64,000 bases of DNA from Zygnema circumcarinatum SAG 698-1b (Eukaryota > Plantae > Zygnematophyceae): the NCBI GenBank assembly GCA_037447605.1, contig CM074807.1, positions 1,984,001 through 2,048,000 on the forward strand. Direction: 5' to 3'. The notes under the pieces were generated by a model that ran no database searches, was not told the origin of the DNA, and was given only the letters and a program-made list of their open reading frames with translations. Shown one piece after another: positions 39,501 to 51,600 of this stretch (the stretch's first letter is position 1; each line of letters opens with the position of its first letter). The translations under genes and the position numbers were made by a program.

Positions 39501-40515
39501 AGGCAGAGTATCACCCAGCGTATCCTCAGGAAGCATCTGCAAGAGGCAGCGTGGAGATCAACCAGAAATGTTCATTGTTTCAATGCCCTGAAGAAAGTGA
39601 TCACGCGCCCATAACTTGAGAACTCAAATGCCTATTCAACTTGCTTATGAACCTTTGCATGTAAGGGCCAGAAGGGGTGGTTGAAATGTTCATCAACCTT
39701 GCAAGCTCCGGGGTTAGAGAAATGCAACGTCCTGGCAATTTTAAGGACAGGTGCCCGTCCTCAGCAACATTGTTGCAAAAGAAACAAGTTTTCCGAGGCC
39801 TGACTGCCGTAAATGACCCCTGACCAATGTTTGGACAATGCTAAGGCCCCGGCTAAAAACGCTTTCCAGAACAAGCTCTGAACTCCAGAGACAGCAGAAC
39901 AATTGAAACGACGGGAAAACTTACGAAGGAGCTTTCAAAGCAAATGACCGTCATTCCAAAAGCCGCCGCTCTAATAGCGACTTCCCGCGCTGCTTCATTG
40001 ACTCCTACAAGGCCGAGCACCAGCCCCCTCATTCTGCGCATTCCTCTGCAAACCTGCTGCGTGCTTCCAGCCCAGTTCGGCCCCGCACAGCCCTGCTCTG
40101 CCAACACATGAGTCTTCCGCAGAAGTGCTAACATTAGCGCCATGGTTGTGTCAGCAATCTCATCCGATCGACTGACATCTATGTGCTGCATCTGCAAATC
40201 GAGCTCCTCCGCAACGGAAAACTCCATAGCCCTATCTCCTGTTCCCACACACAGAATAAGCTGCTTCCGATGAAACTTGTGCTGCACCGGCCGCGGCAGA
40301 TACGCAAGAGTGCGCAGAATAACGACATCGGCCGCCTCCAGCTTCCCCCCGTCCACATCCGCCAGCCCTACATGTTCCACCAGCGCCAGGTCTTCCAGCG
40401 CGCGCGCCTCCGCTGCACAGTCCTCCAGGCAGTTGAACGCCACGACGAGGGGCCTCCTGTCCTCCGCCTCCGCCTCCCCCAGGACGGCTGCCATGCCCTC
40501 CTGCCCTCCCTCCAT
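33581..40515 (-). CDS. AN: ANGUSTIFOLIA (plant CtBP/BARS homolog); exons 40515-39925, 39536-39374, 39195-39065, 37911-36079, 35676-35629, 33991-33878, 33634-33581
   Basis: PLVVAFNCLEDC, LAYLPR, IADTTMALMLALLRKTH, CRGMRRMRGLVLGLVG, DLLGASDVTSLHC, GCALDGAE..WMEAWVRE, LLLPRSAAQSEEGW; C-terminal LREGRVVNL..GRLLQ..IFA..FD..HLEVLIE; phases consistent. Confidence 0.9.
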
Positions 40516-40893
40516 CGCTCCCTCCCTCCCTCCCTCCCTCCCTCCCTCCCTCCCTCCCTCCTGTCCCTGGCTCCCGGCTCCCCCTTCCCGCCTTGCCTCG
40601 GGCGGCGGTAGGGCGGGCGGGTGACGAGGGCCGGTGCGCAGGGGCGCCCTCCCCCTCCCCCTCCTGCCCGCCCGCCCCGCGCCGCGCGCCGCGCATTCGC
40701 CGCCTGCGATTGCGCGCCGCGCGCTAACGGCATCAACACCCGTACGACATTGTACGGTTATGCATCCGTACGGCCTCTGCGCCAGCCGCCAGCCAGCCAG
40801 CCAGCGCCAGTGCCGTACGGTACCAACACCCGCCGCCCGGGACTGCGAGTCAATCAGTCAGGTCCCCCGGGACTCGGGAGTTGCGCGCTCTGT

Positions 40894-41278
40894 CATCCCA
40901 TCCCATCCCATCCCATCCCATCCCATCCCATCCCATCCCATCCCATCCCATCCCATCCCATCCCATCCCATCATCCCATCCCATCCTTATCCCATCCCAT
41001 CCCATTCCCATCCCATCCCATCCCATTTGATCCCATCCCATCCCATCCCATCCTATCCCATCCCATCCCATCCCATCCCATCCCATCCCATCCCATCCCA
41101 TCCCATCCCATCCCATCCCATCCCATCCCATCCCATCCCATCCCATCCCATCCCATCCCATCCCATCCCATCCCATCCCATCCCATCCCATCCCACTCCC
41201 ATCCCTCCCATCCCATCCCATCCCATCCCATCCCATCCCATCCCATCCCATCCCATCCCATCCCATCCCATCATCCCC
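40894..41278. repeat. (CCCAT)n pentanucleotide array upstream of AN
   Basis: About 75 units with occasional variants; explains the spurious SHPIP/GMGWD ORFs. Confidence 0.97.
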
Positions 41279-41371
41279 TTCTCTAAGGGCGAAGGCGAAG
41301 GCGAAGGCCGCCGGGGAGAGGGGGGCCGGGGGTGGGGAGGGTCCGTAGGGCGGAACGCCAGTGGAGCTCGG

Positions 41372-41419
41372 CACGATACGATGCAGGTCGATACTATATG
41401 ATACGATACGATACGATAC
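41372..41419. repeat. (GATAC)n short pentanucleotide repeat
   Basis: gatacgatacgatacgatac read directly, with degenerate flanking units. Confidence 0.8.
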
Positions 41420-42711
41420 TCGCACGCATCCGCTATCGATCGTCCCCAAAGGCCTGTAGGCCGAGGGCCTTCTGTGCGAGGGCGATCTTTGGGCTTTGGG
41501 CTGTGCCGACAGACAGGACGACAGACAGGCAGCCCGAACGAGCGAGCAGGCAGGCGATGGGGCGCACCGCCCGCCGCTGCGGCATGCTGCTGCACCACGC
41601 GGGACAATACCAACAGGCAACACGGCGAGCGATGAACTGGAGAAGCTTCAGGCAGGCGTAGGCAGGCAGGCAGTGTAATGATGATGGACTCCTTTTCTCC
41701 CGTTGCTAACATCTAGATACTTTGTGGGCGGGTCAGGCTGACAACAGTGTTCACGTCCCGCCCGCATGACGCCCTCGAGGCATTTGCAACGTACTTTGAT
41801 GATGTGGACGTCATCGATCGATGCATATTTAGATGCATCGATTATGGCAATAGCGAAAAGGCCAAACCAGAACCCCACACTTTCCACCGGAGTCTGGAGG
41901 CCAGAGTCTGGAACTCGATATATCGTTAAGTACCGAGTGACCGCGAGAGACAGAATCGCGTTTTCGCAATCAAGATATGATTCTCGGCGAGGTTTGCAAT
42001 AATCATGGGACGTAACAATTTCAATTGATGAACAAAAATGAAAAACATTCAGAGAGAGAAGCAGAGAGGAGAGGGAAGGGACAGGAGGGGAGGGAGGGAC
42101 TAGTGGAAAGGAGTCCAAAAATCTTTGCTGACTTTCAACCTTTTTGCTTATCATGCGCACTTTCTGCCTCTGAAATTCTTCACCTTCAGCAGTTTGCAAC
42201 CCTTAAGTTACGGAAGGAGTGAGGAGTGGGAAGAGCAGAGATGTCGCGACAAAGGTACGACACGTCGAGAGAGGGAAAGGAGTGGGCGAAAGAGAGAAGA
42301 TATTGGAAGGAGAAGAAGAGGAGATTGTTAAGGGGAGAGGAGGACAGCATTGGAAATTCTCACTAGTGCCAATCTACGTATAGCAGACATCGGCACATCA
42401 ACCGCCTACTGTTGCTGCAGCTGAAACAATTTTCCCTCCTTTAGGGGAAAACCGGAAGGGCTTTCTAGGCCGCATCCATATCAGCAAAGGTATTGCGACA
42501 AGGACAAGCATTCATCATACAATCCAAAAGAATGGCAATACAGTTTTCAATTCTGTCCAACGATTCCGGAAGACAGCTTTGCAATCTGTAAGGGAGGGAG
42601 CCGCCCACAAATGACAGGCCTTGAGAGCGTTGTGGGCAACGGGAGGGAGGGCCTTCTTGCTTGACAGCAAGGCATGTCGACGTGGGGACGGACAAAGCTG
42701 TCGAGGCCGGA

Positions 42712-42788
42712 GATGTGCCAATGATCTCACGGTTGGCGATGCCATCAAATGTACATGGACAAAGTCATCATGAGGAACCACGAGGAAC
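42712..42788 (-). repeat. Truncated inverted copy of the 11.3-kb foldback element
   Basis: tctcacggttggcgatgccatcaaatgtacatggacaaagtcatcatgaggaaccacgaggaac aligns with the reverse complement of 11303-11366 with few mismatches. Confidence 0.8.
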
Positions 42789-43284
42789 TGGTCGCAAAGG
42801 ACCAAAGCACAAAAAAGAAAAAAATGGTCGAGCGTGTGCTTGATTTGTGAAAGTGGGCAGAGCTGTTATGCCTAACAAAGTTGTTGAGTTGTAAAGTGTT
42901 GTTTTCGTTCTTGAAAATGTTGTCGGGGTGGGGGGTGTAATTGCCCAACGCCCAAGGAAGTCACACAATCACGAGGGAGTGAGTGTGCGCTCGGTACTTG
43001 GTACCAGTGGTATCGCGGGTATCTTATCTCACTGCACAATGGTTAAGGCCTGACGCTGTTCGTGCCAATGGTCGGACCATTGACAACCAGCGAGCGGTGG
43101 CAACCATTGGCAATGGTTGAGGGGGCCTCCCAACCAATGGCTACAACCAACGGCTGCACCCAATGGGTGCAACCATTGGCAAATGATTGTTCAATGAATG
43201 CAGCAATCAATGTGGGGCCGTCAACGATTGAAACCATTGGCAATAACTGGCTGGATCCGCTAACGAATGGTCACAACCACTGGC

Positions 43285-43462
43285 AATGGTTGGCTAGACA
43301 CGACAATGAATGGTTGGCTAGACCCGCCAGCGAATGGTTGGCTAGACCCGCCAACGAATGGTTGGCTAGACCCGCCAACGAATTGTTGGCTAGACCCGCC
43401 GACGAATGGTTGGCTAGACCCGCCAACGAATGGTTGGCTAGACCCGCCAACGAATGGTTGGC
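43285..43462. repeat. 24-bp minisatellite (gaatggttggctagacccgccaac) x~7 upstream of IGPD
   Basis: Tandem units read directly; they produce the EWLARPAN pseudo-ORF. Confidence 0.95.
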
Positions 43463-43570
43463 GCGACTTTTTGGGCCCCCGCGCGCTTTTGAAGACGGAC
43501 GGGGCCCTCCCAGCTCCTGCCCTCTGGCGCTCCTGCCCGCCTCCTGCATCCTTCATGCGCCCGGAAAGCC

Positions 43571-46530
43571 ATGGCTCGTGCAGCGACAGAGATGCTGCGA
43601 GCTAGGCTTATGGATGCTGCTCTCAGTGGGGCTGTTCGCGTGGATGACTGCGCTTGCTTTACCTTGCAGCAACGATTTTCGGTTGCTCCACGAAGCATAG
43701 GGCGGAAAGGATTGTGTGAGAAACATATTGGAAGCAGAGGCTTGGTGATGGAGTCGGCGGGCTGGAAGGATAAGAATCCAGCAGTAAACAGTATTTCGAA
43801 GCATCCAGAGGACACGATTGGAAAGCGGACACGTGTACAGGCCCTAGGAGCGTCGGGGAACGGAGTAGTCGCAAGCGAGGCTGAGCAAGCTATCTCAACA
43901 GGTAGGCAGTGCGCTGGAACAATGGAAACGACTGAGAGTTTGTATTTTCAGAGATGTTATTCCAGCTGAGCATCATTCTTATTGAGTTTTAAAAGGCTTT
44001 AATACTCATTAGGTGAAGGGGGGTTCGCAATTTGTCAAATTGTTATTACTCTTCTAGGGATGTTTTATTTTTTCGCTGGTAAATGACGTTAAACCGACAA
44101 GAGTGTGAGTCCATATGGGACATGCAGGACGTGTGGCTACAGTAGCACGGAAAACCAAGGAGACGGATGTGGAGGTGACAATTGGTCTTGATGGCACCGG
44201 CGTCTGCAGCGCAGACACGGGAATCCCCTTCCTTGATCACATGATCGACGTAATCCCCATGCCGCTAACTGTCACTGCAAACAACAACCGTTGGCTTTAT
44301 ATATTTTCGTATGCCCTGTTTGTTCAAGCTCAATATGAGTGTCATCAGCATGAATTATTGTGTTCAATTACGCTGCGCAGCATGCGTGCTGTAATGTTCG
44401 GACGCCGACCTCCACCTCTTTGGAACCATTTTGCAGATTATGAACACCTACTCTGCTCCTTTTTCTCCTTTCCTTGCTCCGGACTAGTGGCTTCAGTATT
44501 GCAGCTTATTCCGAAGGAGCTTGGGGATTGTCATTGTGTTGCAGCAATTGGCCTCTCATGGGCTCTTCGATATTGCCATACGGGCCAGAGGTGATACTCA
44601 TATCGATGATCACCACACAAACGAAGATATTGCTCTCGCTTTGGGAACTGTGAGTGGAGCAGTTTCCTGTTTTCTTGCTTTGATTGCTATAATTCTGGGG
44701 GTACTGGGTTTGCATTAAGGTTACTCTGATGTTGATAGTTCTTTTAAATACTAAGGTGCTAAGTAATCAGCATACAAATTAGTGGCAAGGTGCTCATGCA
44801 CGGCGAACTATGTTCCGAAGCCTTAAGAGTATGTGGCATCCTATTACATGCCGAGGTTGAGAATACAATGACTCCATACTGAATTCGCTGGTCGACGGAA
44901 ATAGTATATAGTTCAGGAATGCGTCCGTGAGATTACCATCAAACAGCCCCCTTTTTTTTTTTTTTTTTTTTGGCGCTTCCCTTCCAACCTCATTGAATAT
45001 CCGCATGATAAATTTCGATTGCCTTTAGGCCAATTTGAGATCGGCAGGTACAATTCATCCATATGCACAACCTAATGCACGAAAAAAGGCTGATGGTAAA
45101 GATTTCAGAATGAGGAGACCCTCAAGAGAAGCCATCGCTAGGTCTCAATTTGTCTATTTAAGTGCAGTTAATAGCTATGTTCTCAGAGCAGCCTCAGTGG
45201 CCAGGACACCCTCAAATACTCAATGCAACGAGTTTGTTGAAGCTACATCAGTGCAGCTGTATCGGATAACGCGGGTGCTTTTCAGGTTTGACGTTGGCCG
45301 CTCTGGACAAGTAACCAGGGAATCTCCTGTTATTGCAATGTGGTCCAGTTTGATCGCTGTAGAGTAATATTTTATAGTTCAATCTTGGCGGTTTGGGCTT
45401 CAGGCTCTTTCCAAAGCTCTTGGAGATCGCAAAGGTATCAACCGCTTTGGAGATTTTAGTGCTCCTTTGGACGAGGCCTTGATTCACGTTGTTCTTGTAA
45501 GCACCTCCATCGCATATCATTGCCTATGTGTGGAGCCAAGTAACAGAGAGGTGATGGTCAAGCTCTTAGGGTGGAATGAAATAGACGTAACTTCTATAAT
45601 GGTTCTTTATGCTAGCGGAGATGGTTGCCATACTTGAAGATCGGGTAATGACTTTCAAAGGCTAAGAAAAATCTCTGACGGGCTGGAGTTAACTGTACGG
45701 TGTGGGAAATTGGCCAGGATCTATCGGGCAGACCTCACTTAAGTTATGATCTGGTCATTCCTACAGCGCGGGTAGGAACTTATGACACACAGGTGAGTCT
45801 ATCAATTTTGCAGATTTCTTCTCTTGGTGATGCTGTGAATTAATGTCAGCAATCCTGTCCATTACGCATAACATGTTTCATCTAGTGGGGGCCGTCACAT
45901 TCAGCCTTGGTGAATGATAACATCTGCATCTATCAAAGGACAAGACCGTATACATACAGAGCAGGCCAACAATTTTGTGCTTTGTTTTCGGGTGACCCAG
46001 CTGGTTGAGCACTTTTTCCAGTCCTTGGCAAACAATTCGGGTATGACACTTCACATCCGCCAGGTAAGGGCGAAGGAATGGCCGGCTTTGCATTTGTCAT
46101 TTATTTCAGTTGCCACATCTCTCTTATGAATATCAAACAGAAGCTTCGTTCACTGGACTATCCAGAGTTCCAGGGAAAGCACCTGGGAGTTTATCTTCTC
46201 GGAATGCGAGAACAGTAGCAATGCACTTAGTTGCTGGAGTATGCATGTTGAGATTCTCTGATCATTCAGTGAAAGTCTTTCGCGCAGTTGGCTGGCAAAA
46301 ACTCACACCACATAATTGAAGCAACATTCAAGGCGTTTGCGCGCGCCCTTCGAAGGGCGACCGAGGAGGATCTGCGGCGCAGCGGAACTGTTCCGAGGTA
46401 GTGGCAGTCTCCTGCCTGACGCTCACTTATGCTGGCAGCCGCTGTCCTTGCTGTCTCTGTGCGGGTGCTGCTACTGACTGGCTGCTTACTGTGGGGCTGC
46501 AGCTCCAAAGGCGTGCTTACGCAATCTTGA
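43571..46530 (+). CDS. HISN5: Imidazoleglycerol-phosphate dehydratase, plastid; exons 43571-43901, ~44128-44249, 44545-44649, 45403-45496, 45718-45792, 46001-46063, 46289-46397, 46503-46530
   Basis: [89 protein letters not shown]. Confidence 0.95.
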
Positions 46531-47471
46531 AGAAACGACGCACTTTGCGTGTCTCAGCTGATGGCTTTTTGTCGCTCCGGTCGACTAGTCGCCTTTGGTG
46601 TGGTCGAAGATCAGGAATGAGAATGGTTCATTGTGTTTTTAATTGAGGAATCAGTGGAATCGCCTGTCCACAGTCCTGCTCAGCCGATTTTCGTTTTAAA
46701 AATCGCATTTCTGCAGGCGCGCGTTAGTTCGACATGGCAATTCCGATCATTTTCCTAACCCTTTGGACTGTGTACTTTTGCACCCACTTCTTTCCGTAAT
46801 GAATGTGTTACCGAATTCAGTCAAATGTGCAGTGTGCGTGCGTCCTCACAATCCGACCATTCCCCTCGACCAAAACTCCCTTATAGGACATTTGAACCCT
46901 TGTCATTGTTTAGCAAGTAGAAAACCACTCGCCAGATTTTGCTTCACTACAGTCCATTTCAAGAACGTTTTGTTGACCTGTTCAAGATTGAAACAATCCT
47001 CGTGTACAACTTGTGGACCTGTACACGCACTCGTGAGAATCACCTGCTCTCCTTGGCATGATCTGATACTGAAAAACAGTGACGCTTCAAACGAATAAGT
47101 GAAATAACTGGTGAGTGTTGATGCTGCATGGTAAAGAGACGGCTTTTTGACATTTTCACCACCCAACAGGGCCAACATCAAATCGATGCAAAGGTACACA
47201 AGTAACCCTGCCGATCAAGAGCAGCTTCCTGTAATTACATTTGCCACCAGGAGCTGCCCAATACCACAAAAAGTGGAGTCCAGGGGCCAAATAGGGATCT
47301 CACAAAAACACGGCCCTCCTAATGCACCCCCTCAGTCTTCTAGTCTATCGCACCAAACAGACAAATAAGGATAACAAACACTTCGATGCTGGCTTCCCAA
47401 CACCATATACAATTAAAGCGCAGCTGTTGTGCTATCCTGGTGACTCGAAATGTTCCCAAACAGCTCTCCAT

Positions 47472-48336
47472 TTACTCCTTGGTACCACCAAGATACTTAT
47501 TCAACCCAGGCATGATCTGTGGAGAGTATTCACTGACAAATTTTCGAAGAGGGTTGAATTTATAACTTTCTCCAGCCTTTTCGTCGTCGGACATGCCATG
47601 GCTACGGGCCGACTTGCTGAAACTGCAAATGACAACAAAAGAACGTGAGTAGGACAGACCTAATTGATGCAGATCGTTGTAAGACCAGGCGTGCCGCTTC
47701 CGGATGAGCATTCCACCGATGCCAAGTTTTCACAACTGCGCCTTCGATTTCCCTCGCCAATACAACACAGTAGTACTTCATAGAAATACAGTAGTAGTAA
47801 TCAAGAAAAATCGCCAACCTTGCGACCGCTGCCGGCTAACTATTAGAAATATTCTGAGATTACAGAACGCTAGACAGTTCCAGCTTTCCTCGAGCAAGAA
47901 AGTGCCAAGGTGGGATGAGGATGAAGGAGCATCACACTCACGTGATGCCTGGATCAGCGCCAACCTTTCGCCCGAGAGCAAATCCGCAGAGTCCCACAGC
48001 GAAAATAACAGGGGCAAGCAAAGGATAAATCTGTACGGACACATCAACAACACTGCGTCATCAGGGCTTCCTGTCACTGCATAAGACAACACAGCACACT
48101 CCCTCCTTCAGATAATGTAAGGAATCACAAAGATGACGAAAAACGTCATCCAAACACGCTACAACAACAACCTACTTCCGCGGTCCTCCTAGCCCCAAAA
48201 CGAACCAAGGCCCGCGCTCTCCTCCACGCCTCTACACACTCTCCCACCCATCGCAAACCCGGACATGGGCCACACTCTACCTCCCGGGCCAACGCACCTC
48301 AGGCTGAATCCAAATCTTTCTCAGAGGAGGCGCCAT
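47472..48336 (-). CDS. B12D / NDUFA4-like small mitochondrial membrane protein; exons 48336-48298, 48030-47942, 47622-47472
   Basis: Spliced product MAPPLRKIWIQPE-IYPLLAPVIFAVGLCGFALGRKVGADPGIT-FSKSARSHGMSDDEKAGESYKFNPLRKFVSEYSPQIMPGLNKYLGGTKE matches the B12D pattern (W.xPE.YPL..GxxY....LR.FV...PxIMP). Confidence 0.85.
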
Positions 48337-48626
48337 GGCGGACAGCAGTAGCCCAAGCCCCAGTCCCAGCAGCGGCGGCACCAGCAGCAGCAGGACGACA
48401 GCGCCCGGCCGCCAGCAGGGCAGGGCAGGGCAGGGCACTGGGTCGCACCGCAACAAAAGTCCCCTCGTAAAAAACCGTCCGTCGTTACGTGTGTGAACGG
48501 GCTCAGGTTGAATACTGTACGAAAGTGTCCGTACAATGCGTACGGAAGGAAAGAAGGAAGGGAGGTTGCTTTCAGTTGCCGCCACCCGGGAGCAGGAAGG
48601 CCTTGGGAAGCACCCCAAGGAAGGCC

Positions 48627-51600
48627 ATGGCTGCCTCGGCGGGGCGGGGCGGGAGGATGCGGTTCACGCGCGGCGGGCGGCCCGACCTGGTCGCGCAGGT
48701 GCTCTGCGCAGTGCCCATGCTGTCGCTGCTCCTGCTGTGGGCGTGGTGGCCGCTGGGGAGCCATCGCTCCGCGCCGCTCTTCTTTCTCAGCGTTGGAGAC
48801 TTTGGAACGGCGTCTGCTTCGCAGAAGCTTGTGGCGTCGCAGGTCTGCAACTGATACGTGATTTTTCATATGGAAAGGTTCATGTGATTACTGGTGTGCC
48901 ATTTCTGCAGCAGATTGGAGACGTGAATGTGCAGAGTTGCTTATAGGATGCAGGGGGCGAAATGCCGCTTGCTTTCGGACTTAGCTGGTGATGGTCCTTG
49001 CATAGTCAGACAAATGTAGGCGGTATCTTGCTTTTTTTTCATCAACTTCGTTAGAGCGCGCACACTGGAAGCCACTTCAGACTTTTATGATTCCATACTT
49101 GAGCAGCTTCATAGTTGAGTGAGGTTCGCCCAAGCGTGGTGGCGGTATTATTGAGCTGATGCTATCGATCCGTTCAGTCATGCTCAGATGGCCATTCAAG
49201 CTTCAAAGAAAAGCGTCGAGTTCGTGCTATCGGTTGGTGACAATGTGTACCCTTCTGGAGTGGAACACGTGAAGGACCCGCTTTTCAACACTGTATTTGA
49301 GGTATATGCGAATCAAAATTGATGTATACGCGTTTTTCATGCATATCCTAGGCTTGACACTGTGTCCTATTTCCTGGCCCCAGCTACTTGTCCTTCGTTT
49401 GGCGTTACAGCATGCCATTTTGCTTCAGCAGTACCTGCATGGCAACTGCTATTTTAGGAACAGGTCTCTTGCTGAGCCCTGTATTCCCTGAAGGACGAAC
49501 GTCATTGCTTGAAAGGGTCTCATGTATAGTTCAGGTAACTGATCCCATCCTCAGCTGTTCATGTAAGGTTGGTTCATGTCATCTGAACTCTTGCAAGCAT
49601 ACGCATGACCTAGAACCAAAATTATGCAGCGATGTTCAACTCTGAACCCCTTAACTTTTTTGGGTGCATTAAGACTGTCAAGCAAAGGTCAGCTTGGCTC
49701 AATATCTGGCTGGTTTGTTACGGGCGTGCAGGATATTTACACCGAGGAATCGTTGCAGATACCTTGGTAAGGTTGCTCGATCCAAACGGCCAGTTTCTCC
49801 AACTGCTAGGCGTAGGAGGACCTTAGGCACTCTTGAAAGAGATTCCAGGCGGATCGAGCATGTCTTAATCATAGGGCCTCTATGAATCGGATTAGTTCTT
49901 TTTAGCTGCGTGCAGTTGTATGCCGCACAATGCATGAGTGAAGTAGTCTGTCTTTCTTGTCGTTTTTGGTGAATTTTATGTAGATGATATCAGCCTTTGT
50001 CAGACCTCAATCAATTTGAGACTATAAGAATGGCGATTCTTCTTCCACCATATTAAGCTTATTTCATTCATCCCCAAAGATAGCAGCTTGAATCACATCC
50101 CTTTAGGCATGTATACACCAAGGCATATGTGTGCTTCCATGTCCTGGCTTTGCTTCATTCAATTGTTCTCCTACGAATCTTCAACCTTCGAGAGTGTAAG
50201 TTCTGCCTTCTTCCGTGTACTGGATCTCATTAAAGTCCATATTTTAGACGGTAACTTTAGCCCTGAGCAACTCCTGACTGCGCGGATGTACAGGTATATG
50301 GCATTGGGCGACCATGACCACCGTGGCAGCGTGCATGCTCAAATTCAGCATTCCAAACAGTCAGCAAAGTGGAACATGTCCGGCCCATATTACAAGATTA
50401 CAGTCCCTCTCGGAGGGCATCATACATTGGATTTGGTCGTCACTGACAGTGTGTGTCTTGAGGTAAACACTTTTATTCTGTTTCGTGGGTGATCGTCTCT
50501 TCCCCACTTGCCCGTGTACCGCTATCTGCATGATCACTCTTTTTAGAGAGTAGTTTGCAAATAGCTGCAGTGTTAGACAACCTTATGACGTTTCGTTCAT
50601 GAGATTCTAGGAGGGATTTTTTTTTCCTGCTATTCGAACTCCCGTTTAATTTCTTCTGTGTCCTGTAGGTTGTCGCCTGGGATCTGGCGAGTTAGCATGC
50701 AATGACTGCCAGTGGTTACTCATCCGGTTTGTGAAAGCAGGTACTGAAATGACTCCTCATGGGGAGGCTGGGGGAAGGCCAGGGGATAGTCACTACAGGG
50801 ACTCCTGAAGACAGGCGCTTCTTTGAAGATTACAACACGACTTTGACTGGTTCAGAGGTGTAAATCGTGTGCTCCTTGCCTGCTGGCTCGATCACTTATG
50901 TATCCTATGTACTCTTGGCATTTCCTTACATGTACAGGCCTTGACTGGGGCAACTTTAATTTGTTGTTTCTGCTCGTGTATTGAGGTTCTTCTTTTGAAG
51001 AACCACCGATTCAATAGAATCATGAAGTGTGATGGTGTCATTTTTTTCCTGCTGTTACATATTCTGAAGAAGTGCTATGCCTCAGCGTACAGAATGCTCT
51101 TCCCAACTGCAAGCTTTAAAAAGACACTCCATGTCATGTCCCTGAATATTAAACGGCTGTTTCTGACATTGAAAATTTTCAACTTTGCTGTTGATATAGG
51201 CTGGTAAGGAGCATCTGAGATGGCTTGAGGAAGTACTCCGTAACAGTTCAGCCGATTGGTAACTAGTCTTTTTTTTTTATTATTGCTGCAAGCTGATCTG
51301 AAATTTTAAGTTTCGAAATCTCGATTTTCCTTGTCGTGGTTGGCTTCTTCTCGCATTTGACTTTGGAATGTATTCACTCAAACCAAGTGCTGTGACTGCT
51401 GTTTTGTAACACGAGATGTATTAAAACAGAATCCTTTTGTTTTTTGTAAAAAGGGAAATCTGGTCTGTGAGCTTTAACTATTTGAACAATCAATTCATGC
51501 CTAAGATGGTAATGCAGCTGCAAGAACCTTAGTTCAATGAGCTTTTTCCTATCACGAAACGAAGCTGCCCTTGTCTGAGTGACGCATGTGCCCTTGGACC

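Noticed and set aside
40621-41712. Long ORFs with SHPIP / GMGWD repeats
   Set aside because: Translation of the stop-free (CCCAT)n array; no evidence of a real protein.
43062-43700. ORF with EWLARPAN repeats; possible CRISPR-like array
   Set aside because: Head-to-tail 24-bp minisatellite with no unique spacers and no cas genes, in a eukaryotic context.
12009-48336. Apparent cluster of mitochondrial genes (Iojap, NDUFAF7, OM64-like, B12D) and two arginine methyltransferases
   Set aside because: Interspersed with unrelated genes; no shared pathway evidence; PRMT3 and NDUFAF7 are not close paralogues.
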